Source: an uncultured Gemmatimonadales bacterium (GTDB lineage: Bacteria > Gemmatimonadota > Gemmatimonadetes > Longimicrobiales > RSA9). From it: a stretch of 64,000 bases of DNA. Below the pieces are notes generated by a model. The model saw nothing but the letters and a program-made list of their open reading frames with translations, did not search any database and was not told the DNA's origin. Shown piece by piece: positions 1-8,075 of this stretch; position 1 is the first letter of the stretch; the number at the start of each line of letters is the position of its first letter. A program made the position numbers and the translations under genes. The stretch is taken from the NCBI GenBank assembly GCA_963798845.1, contig CAWCUS010000006.1, positions 1,184,001 through 1,248,000 of the forward strand. Direction: 5' to 3'.

Positions 1-1367
1 CAGATGCCGGCGGCCGTGCGGGAGCTCCACAAGCGGGGCCTCCGGTTCCCGGTCATGTGCGGGGGTGCGGCCATCAATCCGTCGTTCGTGCGGAGCGCGG
101 CGTTCCTCGACGACGAGCAGGAGACGCTGTACGAGCCGGGGGTCTGGTACTGCAAGGACGCGTTCGAGGGGCTGGGCGTGGTCGAGGCGCTGGTGGGCGA
201 CGACGCGGCCGGCTTCGCCCGGCGTCGCCTGGAGGAGATCCGGGCGGGCGTGGCAAAGCGGGCCGCGCTGCAGGAAAAGGCGATGGAGTCGCGCCCGGCG
301 GAGCGGGCGGAGCCGAGCCTCGAGGTCGAAGTTCCGGTCCCGTCGTTCCTCGGGGTGAAGGTCCTGGAGCGGATCCCGCTGGCGGAGCTGTACCGGCTGA
401 TCGACCTGAACACGCTCTACCGCCTGCACTGGGGCGCGAAGAACGCCAAAGGCGAGGCGTACGAGCGGCTGAAGCGGGAGGAGTTCGAGCCGCGTCTGAA
501 GCGCTATCAGCGGGAGGCGCTGTCCCGGGGCCGGGTGCGGGTGCGCGCGGCCTACGGTTTCTTCCCCGCGGCGGCGGCAGGCGACGAGGTGGTGGTGTTC
601 GATCCGGAAGATCCGTCGCGGGAGCTGGAGCGGTTCGCGTTCCCCCGGCAGGAGGGGCGTGAGCGGTTGTGTCTGGCGGATTACGTGCGAGGTTCGATCG
701 CCTCGGCCGCTGGCGCGGCCTCGGCGACCCCGCTTCGCGGGGAGTCGATGGCGGATCGCGGCTACGCCGCTCCCGCCACCCCGCTTCGCGGGGAGTCGAT
801 GGCGGATCGCGGCTACGCCGCTCCCCCCCGCTTCGCGGGGAGTCGAAGGTCGGCGGCTACGCCGCCTCCCCGCCGCTGCGCGGCGATTCGTCGGTCGATC
901 GCGGCTCCGCCGACTCCCCGCCGCTTCGCGGCGATTCGTCGGTCGATCGCGGCTCCGCCGACTCCGGGGGCGACCGCTCGCTTCGGGGCCCGGCGGATTA
1001 CGTCGGCTTCCTCATCGTGTCGGTGTCGGACACACTGCTGCAGGAATCCGAGGCGATGATGAAGGGAGGGGAGTACACGGAGGGCTACTACCTCCACGGA
1101 TTCGGGGTGCGGCTGGCGGAGGCGGCGGCGGAGTACGTCCATCGTCGCATGCGGGAGGAGTGGGGGATCGAGGCCGGGCGGGGGCTCCGCTACGCGTGGG
1201 GATACCCGGCGTGCCCTGATCCGACGCAGCACGAGATCCTGTTCCGCTTGCTTCCGGCCAGGGAGCGTCTGGGGATGGAGGTGACGGAGGCGGGGGCGCT
1301 GGTGCCGGAGCTGTCGACTGCGGCGCTCGTGGTGCATCACCCGGCGGCGAAGTACTTCAGTGTCTAG
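1..1367 (+). CDS. metH: Cobalamin-dependent methionine synthase, C-terminal part (end of B12-binding domain + SAM-binding activation domain); 5'-partial, with a repeat-derived insert (~691-990) and a 1-nt frameshift
   Basis: ORF 4..1059 has 'CGGAAIN..YCKDAFEG', 'YGFFPA', 'FPRQ..RLCLADY'; ORF 669..1367 continues 'ADYVGF..LAEAAAEYVH..RYAWGYPACPD..PELSTAALVVHHPAAKYF'. Adding one base (e.g. in the C7 run 823-829) joins them. Confidence 0.9.
691..990 (+). repeat. Array of ~5 palindromic REP/BIME-like units inside metH
   Basis: Units contain CCCCGCTTCGCGGGG or GCCGC-TTC/TGC-GCGGC hairpins + GA(G/T)TCG + GCGGC-T(A/C)C-GCCG; near-exact tandem copies with 51-nt (727/778), 45-nt and 48-nt periods. Confidence 0.9.
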
Positions 1368-1383
1368 GCGCTGCGTAGGTCGT

Positions 1384-1523
1384 TCGCCTTCGGCCGCTGC
1401 GCGGCCTCGGCGACCCCGCTGCGCGGGGATTCGAAGGTCGGCGGCTGCGCCGCCTCCCCGCCGCTTCGCGGCGATTCGAAGGTCGGCGGCTACGCCGCCT
1501 CCCCGCCGCTTCGCGGCGATTCG
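1384..1523 (+). repeat. Intergenic array of the same palindromic units (45-nt period); left arm of inverted repeat
   Basis: GATTCGAAGGTCGGCGGCT(G/A)CGCCGCCTCCCCGCCGCTTCGCGGC repeated twice; 1384-1435 is the near-exact reverse complement of 2146-2198. Confidence 0.9.
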
Positions 1524-1629
1524 ATGGGGCTGTCTGGCTCCTTCGGGTACGCTGGCCGGTTCGGCCATTCCCTTGCCCTTCGGGCCGAGCGTACTTCCCG
1601 GGCACTACGTCTTCACCGGGGGAGGGAGC

Positions 1630-2223
1630 ATGGCACGAACGACGCGGTTCGGATTCAAGCGGCTCGATGTCTACCGCCTGGCGGTCGAGCACTTCGCCTG
1701 GGTGGGCACGGTGGCCCGGCGGCTGCCGAGGGGGCCGTTCGTGGTGGTGAACCAGGCGCTCGGTTCGGCGCTGTCGATCCCGGGGAACATCGCCGAGGGG
1801 TTCGGTCGTGAGCGGAAGCCGAGGGAGATGTCGCAGCACCTGCGCTACGCGCTCGGTTCCGCATTCGAAGCGGCGGCCTACCTGGATGCCCTCGTCGCCA
1901 TGGGCGTGATCTCGGACGATGAGTACAACCTGGCCGAGGAGCGCCTGTCCCGCGTTTCGGCCATGCTCACCCGCCTGATGCAGAAGCAGACGCTCCGGCG
2001 CAAAGCGGCGCGAGCTGCGCGGGGCGAGACGGCGCCGCGGTCGAGCTTCGAATCCCCGCGCAGCGGGGTGCTCCGAGCCGCGCAGCGGCGAAGGGGCATC
2101 GAATCGCCGCCAGGCGGCGCCGCGGCAGCCGAAGGCTCGCCGCGGTTCGAATCCCCGCAGAGCGGGGTCGCCGAGGCCGCGTCAGCGGCCGAAGGCGATC
2201 GACCCGCGACGACCCCGAGATGA
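1630..2223 (+). CDS. Four-helix-bundle protein (23S rRNA IVP / bAvd-like family) with repeat-derived C-terminal extension
   Basis: GGGAGGGAG RBS then ATG 1630; motifs 'FKRLDVYRLA', 'SALSIPGNIAEGFGR', 'LRYALGSAFE', 'RVSAMLTRL'; its TGA overlaps the next ATG (ATGA 2220-2223). Confidence 0.85.
   Translation: MARTTRFGFKRLDVYRLAVEHFAWVGTVARRLPRGPFVVVNQALGSALSIPGNIAEGFGRERKPREMSQHLRYALGSAFEAAAYLDALVAMGVISDDEYNLAEERLSRVSAMLTRLMQKQTLRRKAARAARGETAPRSSFESPRSGVLRAAQRRRGIESPPGGAAAAEGSPRFESPQSGVAEAASAAEGDRPATTPR
2046..2202 (-). repeat. Reverse-oriented palindromic unit array; right arm of inverted repeat, read through by the four-helix ORF
   Basis: TTCGAATCCCCGC..GCGGGG copies at ~2048 and ~2146 are reverse complements of the upstream units. 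Confidence 0.85.
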
Positions 2224-4194
2224 CCTTCATCGACCTGCTCCACGACGACCGCCCCCACCTCTTCGACGGCGGCATGGGCACGATGCTCTACGCCCGAGGG
2301 GTATTCATCAACCGGTGCTACGACGAGCTGAACGTCACGGACCCGGACCTGGTAGGGACCGTGCACCGGGAGTATGTGGACGCGGGTGCGGAGCTGCTGG
2401 AGACCAACACGTTCGGGGCGAACCCGGTGAAGCTGGGGCAGCACGGGCTGGAGCGGCGGGTGCGCGAGATCAACGCGCGGGCTGCGGAGCTGGCGAGGCG
2501 GGCCGCGAGGGAGCGGGCACTGGTGGGCGGGTCGATCGGGCCGCTGGGGATCCGGATCGAGCCCTACGGTCCGACCTCGCTGGAGGAGGCCCGATCGTTC
2601 TTCGCCGAGCAGGTGGCCGGGCTGCTGGAGGGGGGCGTGGACTTCTTCATCCTGGAGACGTTCGCGGACCTGTCGGAGATCCGGCAGGCAATGGAGGCGG
2701 TACGCGCTGCGTGCGACCTTCCGATGGTGGCGCAGATGACGGTGCGCGATGACGGGACGACGCTGTACGGGACGGCGGTGGAGCTGATCGCGCGCCGGCT
2801 GGAGGAGTGGGGCGCGGAAGTGATCGGGCTGAACTGCTCGGTGGGGCCGCACGGCATCCTGGCCGGGGTGGAGCGTATGGCGGCGGTGTCGGCGACCCCG
2901 CTGTCGGCGCAGCCGAACGCGGGCATGCCCCGGGAGATCGACGGTCGCAAGATCTACATGGCATCGCCGGAGTACATGGCCAAGTACGCGCAGCGGCTGA
3001 TCCAGGCGGGCGCGCGCTTCGTGGGCGGGTGCTGCGGCACCACCCCGGCGCACATCCGGCGCATCGGCGACGCGGTGCGGGCCATGTCGCCGGGGCGGAG
3101 CCGGACGCGGCTGGAAGTCGAGCGCGTGACGGATGGCGAAGACGGCGCGGTCGCCCCGCTCGCGCTGGCCGAGCGCTCGCGTCTGGGTCGCAAGCTGGCG
3201 GCGGGGGAGCTGGTGACGAGCGTCGAGATCGTGCCGCCGAAGGGGGTCGCGCCGGCGGCCATGCTGGCGGGCGTGCGTCGGCTGAAGCGGGCGGGGCTGG
3301 ACGCGGTGAACGTGCCGGACGGGCCGCGGGCGCAGATGCGCATGGGCGTGATCGCCGACCAGCACGCTGATCGAGCAGGCGGTGGGGATCGAGGCGGTGG
3401 TCCACTACACGTGCCGGGACCGCAACCTGCTCGGAATGCTCTCCGACCTGCTGGGCGCACACGCGCTCGGGCTGCGCAACCTCCTCCTCATCACCGGCGA
3501 CCCGCCGAAGATGGGGCCGTACCCGGACGCCACTGCCGTCTTCGACATCGACTCCATCGGCCTCACCAACCTGGTGAACCGCCTCAACCACGGGCTGGAC
3601 CCGGGGGGGAACGGCATTGGCGAGCCGACGGCGTTCACCATCGGCGTGGGCGTGAACCCGGGGGCGCTGGACCGCGAGTACGAGCTGAACCGGTTCTACT
3701 GGAAGGTGGAGGCGGGCGCGGAGTACGCCATCACGCAGCCGGTGTTCGAGGCGGAGCCGCTCCTCGAGTTCCTGGCGGAGCTGGACCGACGGGAGATCCG
3801 GATCCCGGTGGTGGCCGGGATCTGGCCGCTGGTGAGCGCGCGAAACGCCGAGTTCCTCGCGAACGAGGTGCCGGGGATCACGGTGCCGCAGCGCGTGCTC
3901 GAGCGCATGCGGCGCGCCCAGGAGAAGGGAAAGGAGCACGCGGTCGCGGAGGGGATCGCCATCGCCCGGGAGATGTTCGCCGCCGTGCGACACGCGGTAC
4001 AGGGGCTCCAGGTCAGCGCCCCCTTCGGTCGGGTCTCCCTGGCGCTCGACGTCTTCGCCAATGTCGAAGGGATCGACGCCGGCGCGGGGGATGACGACCC
4101 GCCAGGCCACGCGGAGGCCGCCGTGTTCCCGCCACCGTTCCGCTCCGCAGCGCCCGACCCGCACAGAAAAGCCCCGCTGCACGCGGAGACCTGA
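2220..4194 (+). CDS. yitJ: Bifunctional homocysteine S-methyltransferase / 5,10-methylene-THF reductase (YitJ-type); +1 frameshift near 3355
   Basis: 'FDGGMGTML', 'ETNTFGAN', 'GLNCSVGP', 'GGCCGTTPAHI', then in the next frame 'HYTCRDRNLLG..ITGDPPK..KVEAGAEYAITQPVF'. Confidence 0.9.
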
Positions 4195-4210
4195 TTCGCG
4201 CAGCGGGGCT
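4165..4210 (-). terminator. Hairpin with U-tract on the minus strand (possible intrinsic or bidirectional terminator)
   Basis: AGCCCCGCTGC...GCAGCGGGGCT inverted repeat preceded on + by AAAA. Confidence 0.45.
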
Positions 4211-4538
4211 CCCGCCCGGAGGCGGGCAATGATTGGCGGCGGGAGACGGTCGGTGCCCGATTCCACCCTGCCAGGAGGTCACGTCAGTTCCGCCCGGCCT
4301 CCCGCTCGCCGTTTCGGTGCCAGCGCTCCTTTCCCTGGAGGGTCGCGGCATGTTGCCACGACATTCATTGGCCCCGAAGTTGTCGTCCCGGTCCTGCTCT
4401 TCTTCCACCGGCTCTGTTTCTTAGACGGGCGGTCCCGGCGAATCGTTGCCCGGCCGCGCCCGGTGGGCCGCTGGGGTCCTCTACGCGCCGCTCCGCGGTC
4501 ATGTTTCAGCGAGGCGGTGCACCACAGGGTCAACGCGC

Positions 4539-5405
4539 ATGCAATTCTGGAAGGGACACGCCCTCGGCAACGACTACGTGGTGATCGAGTCACGGGAGCG
4601 TCCGTCTCCCGCCCGGATCCGGGCGCTGTGCGACCGCCACCGCGGCGTGGGGGCCGACGGCGTGCTCGTGGGCGATCGCTCCGTCGACCCGGTTGCGCTC
4701 CGCATCTTCAATCCGGACGGGGGCGAAGCGGAGAAGAGCGGGAACGGCCTCCGCATCTTCGGTGCGTGGCTGCACCACGTGGGTGCGGCGGGAGGCGGTC
4801 CGTTCCGCGTCGCTCTGCCGGGAGAGACCGTGGAGCTGGAGGTGGTGGAGGCTGCGGCGGACGGCGAGCGCACGCTCCGGGTCGCCATGGGGCGGGCGTC
4901 GTTCCGGGCCGGCGACGTCGGCTATGCCGGCGCGGATCCGGACGCGATCGTCGCCGGCGAGTCGCTCCCCGGTGACGGACCGGTGGTGCAGGTCGGGGGG
5001 GCGCCGGCGGCGGTGCACCTGGTGTCCATGGGCAACCCGCACTGCGTGGTGTTCACGGACCGGCTGGACGAGGACGAGCTGCGCCGCGTGGGGCCGGCCA
5101 TCCAGTCGCACCCGGCGTTCACACGCGGGGTGAACGTCCAGCTGGCGAGGGTCGTGGGCCCGGCCGTGCTGGAGATCCTGATCTGGGAGCGCGGCGCCGG
5201 AGAGACGCTGGCCAGCGGGTCGAGCGCGTGCGCGGCGGCCGCGGCGGCGCGGCGGGCCGGCCGCCTCGCGGAGTCGCGCATCGAGGTCCGCATGCCGGGC
5301 GGGGACGTAGAAGTGACCGTCGGCGACGACTGGTCGGTGACGCTCACTGGCACGGCGCGCCTGGTCTGCGAGGGCGTCCTGCTCCCCGGCGCGCTCGGAG
5401 GCTAG
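4539..5405 (+). CDS. dapF: Diaminopimelate epimerase
   Basis: 'KGHALGNDY', 'DRHRGVGADG', 'FNPDGGEAEKSGNG', 'SMGNPHCV', 'WERGAGETLASGSSA'. Confidence 0.92.
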   Translation: MQFWKGHALGNDYVVIESRERPSPARIRALCDRHRGVGADGVLVGDRSVDPVALRIFNPDGGEAEKSGNGLRIFGAWLHHVGAAGGGPFRVALPGETVELEVVEAAADGERTLRVAMGRASFRAGDVGYAGADPDAIVAGESLPGDGPVVQVGGAPAAVHLVSMGNPHCVVFTDRLDEDELRRVGPAIQSHPAFTRGVNVQLARVVGPAVLEILIWERGAGETLASGSSACAAAAAARRAGRLAESRIEVRMPGGDVEVTVGDDWSVTLTGTARLVCEGVLLPGALGG

Positions 5406-6472
5406 GTCCGCACCCGGGCGATGAGGAACGTCGACGCCACGGCGAACACCGCGTTCGGCGTCCACGCGGCCACGTCCGGCGGGATCGCCCCGCTGCTCCC
5501 GGCCGCGCCGGCCACCTTGAAGAGCATCAGGTAGACGATGGTGATGGCGAGGGAGACGCCGACGCCGTACGCGGCGCCGCCACGGGGCGAGGAGTTGGCC
5601 AGCGGGGCGGCGAACAGGATGATGATGAGCGCCGCCACGGGAATGGCGATCTTCTGGGCGCGGTCCACCATCAGGTCGTTGGGCTGCCCGCCCGACCGCT
5701 TCAGGATCTGGATCAGACGGCCGAGCTCGCCGTATCGCATCTGCTCGGGATCCTTCTGCTGGTCCAGCAGCTCGTCGGGGCGCTCGTCGAAGCCACGCGG
5801 GTGCAGCGCGGCGAAGCGGTAGGCGCGCTCCATTTCCGGGCCCGCCATGAGGCGGAGATACCCGTCGTGCAGCGTCCAGCCGCTGATGGAGTCGTAGGAG
5901 GCGCGCGGGGCGTAGATGTAGACGCTCGGGACGTCCGGCTCGTTCCCTTCCCGCTCCACCGTGATCCCGTCGATCTCGCCGTTCCCCACGTCCAGCCGGC
6001 GGATGGCGTACACCCGCCCGTCCAGGTCGCGGTAGAGGAAGTCGGAGCGGGACATGTAGTGGGTCGGCTGGCCGCCCAGCAGCTCCGCGCGCAGGCGGTT
6101 GCCCACCGGCACGAGCTCGGTGAGCACCAGGCCGAGCAGGGTCAGCACGATGCCGATGAGCGGAAGCACCGCGAACAGGCGGTAAAAGCTGATCCCGCCC
6201 GCTTTGGCCGCGGCCACCTCCGAGTGCCGCGTCATGTTGTTGACCGTGAAGATGGTCGCGATGAGCGCCGCGACCGGCAGCCCCCAGGAGATGTAGAGCG
6301 GCATCTGGTAGACGTACCCGAGCGCCACGTGGGCGGAGGAGTACCCGCGGTCCATGTACGTGTCCAGGTTGTCCGTCAGGTCGCCCAGGACGAACAGCAC
6401 CGGTGAGGCGACGAGGAAGATGGCGAACAGCCGGAAGAAGTCCCTGACCACGACCCGGTCGAGGATCCTCAC
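5402..6472 (-). CDS. lptG: LPS export ABC permease LptG
   Basis: LptF/G architecture ('RHSEVAAAKAGGIS', 'AAWTPNAVF'); GTGA overlap with the upstream paralog. Confidence 0.85.
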   Translation of the reverse strand: MRILDRVVVRDFFRLFAIFLVASPVLFVLGDLTDNLDTYMDRGYSSAHVALGYVYQMPLYISWGLPVAALIATIFTVNNMTRHSEVAAAKAGGISFYRLFAVLPLIGIVLTLLGLVLTELVPVGNRLRAELLGGQPTHYMSRSDFLYRDLDGRVYAIRRLDVGNGEIDGITVEREGNEPDVPSVYIYAPRASYDSISGWTLHDGYLRLMAGPEMERAYRFAALHPRGFDERPDELLDQQKDPEQMRYGELGRLIQILKRSGGQPNDLMVDRAQKIAIPVAALIIILFAAPLANSSPRGGAAYGVGVSLAITIVYLMLFKVAGAAGSSGAIPPDVAAWTPNAVFAVASTFLIARVRT

Positions 6473-7944
6473 GCCGAGCCCTCCTTCCGTCCGGCGAGGC
6501 GGAGCGGCCGGCGCAGGAGGCGGATCGGCCGCATGACGAGCGTGCGCAGCGATTGCAGCAGGTCGTCCCAGCCGCCGCCCCGGGTGGTGGCCGCCTCCTT
6601 CCCGATCTGCATCAGCCCCCACACCGCCACCAGCAGGAAGAGGATGTTGGGCGCCCACATGGCCGCCCACGGCGAGATCGCGGCGTCGTCGGCCAGGCTC
6701 TCCCCGCCGATCAGGCCGGCGTAGTAGACGGCGAAGATGGCGATGGAGACGGCGATCACCAGCCCCACGCCGCCGCGGGGGAAGCGCACGGCAATGGGTG
6801 CGCCGAGCAGCACGAACACGATGACGGCCCAGGAGATGGCGAACTTCTTGTGGTACTCCACCATGTAGCTGTCCGCCAGGCGAACCAGCTGCTGCGCCCG
6901 CGCATTCAGGGAGGAGACTTCCACGAACGTGCGCCGGACGTACTCGTCGAAGACCGTGTCACCGGAGGCGGTGACCGGCATCCGCTCCTGCCATGCAGCC
7001 AGGCGACGCCCCGGCCGATCCCTTCCCAGCTCGTTCTCGGACGGCCCGTCCAGGATCCGGTTCACCACGCTCGTGGACAGCTGCGCCAGCTGGGTCTTCA
7101 GCGTGTCCCGCTTCAGCTCCGATTCCACGGCGCGGTGCCGCAGCATCGCGAGCGACATCTCGCGGTCCGAGCGCGAGGCGCTCGAGTCGGAGCGCGTCAG
7201 CTCGTTGCCCACGCCCCGGATCTGGATCCGGTACTGGTCGAAGAAACTGCGGACGAAGCGCTCCGGGGTGTCGTTGTCGAGCTGGTTGATCCAGCCGTCG
7301 TAGAGCGTGAGGAAGAGGTCCGTCTGATCGCCGTTGATCGCCATCTGCCCGCTGTCCGCGTAGACGCTCCGCTCGCGGCGAGGCTCGCTGAAGTCGTAGA
7401 TCACCACGTCCTTCAGCCGGTTCGTGGCCGGCGTGATCTCCGCCGCCTGGAGGTAGTACTTCGGCCGCGCGCTCCCGCTGGTCCTGATCGGATTGATGGT
7501 CTGCTCCTTCAGCGAGAGCGTCGGCGTCTTCCGCTGGATGTCGAGCAGCAGGATCTTCAGCTGATGGTTCGTCTCCGGGAGCAGGTAGTCGTTGAACCAC
7601 ATCATCCCGCCGCCGAACAGCACGGCCACGACCAGGAGCGGCACCAGCGTCCGGTTCAGGTTCACGCCGCTCGCCTTCAGCGCCGTGATCTCGTTGTCCG
7701 CCGCCAGCGCGCTGAAGGCGTAGAGCGTCGCCACGAGCACCGCCATGGGCAGCGTGAGGGCGAGGATGTGCGGCAGCGAGAGGACGAAGACCTCCGCCAT
7801 GACCGACCACGGCAGGCCCTTCCCGGCCAGCGCTTCCAGCCGCCGCGCCACCGTGTTGATCATGAGGATCCCGGTGAGCACGCTCAGCGAAAAGACGAAC
7901 GGACCCACGTGGGTCTTCAGTATGTATCGTGTCAGGATCCGCAT
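6469..7944 (-). CDS. lptF: LPS export ABC permease LptF
   Basis: 'MRILTRYILK..GPF', 'DNEITALKASGV', 'VEYHKKFA', 'AMWAPN'. Confidence 0.85.
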   Translation of the reverse strand: MRILTRYILKTHVGPFVFSLSVLTGILMINTVARRLEALAGKGLPWSVMAEVFVLSLPHILALTLPMAVLVATLYAFSALAADNEITALKASGVNLNRTLVPLLVVAVLFGGGMMWFNDYLLPETNHQLKILLLDIQRKTPTLSLKEQTINPIRTSGSARPKYYLQAAEITPATNRLKDVVIYDFSEPRRERSVYADSGQMAINGDQTDLFLTLYDGWINQLDNDTPERFVRSFFDQYRIQIRGVGNELTRSDSSASRSDREMSLAMLRHRAVESELKRDTLKTQLAQLSTSVVNRILDGPSENELGRDRPGRRLAAWQERMPVTASGDTVFDEYVRRTFVEVSSLNARAQQLVRLADSYMVEYHKKFAISWAVIVFVLLGAPIAVRFPRGGVGLVIAVSIAIFAVYYAGLIGGESLADDAAISPWAAMWAPNILFLLVAVWGLMQIGKEAATTRGGGWDDLLQSLRTLVMRPIRLLRRPLRLAGRKEGSA

Positions 7945-8075
7945 GCCCGGCTCGTTGTCCCGCGGTCGCGTAAATGGCTATAGTATCGAACGGTTCCACC
8001 CCCTACAACAGCACCGTCCAAGGCGGGACCGTGCCTTCCGCGGGAGCAGCGGGCGCACATAGAACCAGGCATCCG

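Noticed and set aside
675..1003. 12-bp direct repeat GGCGGATTACGT (675, 992) flanking the metH insert as a target-site duplication
   Set aside because: Native MetH already has two similar motifs here (LAD(F/Y)V...ADY(I/V)G), so the repeat can be explained by protein sequence; not accepted as a TSD.
691..1523. CRISPR array interpretation of the CCCCGC..GCGGGG repeats
   Set aside because: Intervening sequences are themselves repeated rather than unique spacers, periods vary, and no cas genes are present.
1630..2223. Diversity-generating retroelement (Avd-like gene)
   Set aside because: No reverse transcriptase or adenine-specific TR/VR pair in the window.
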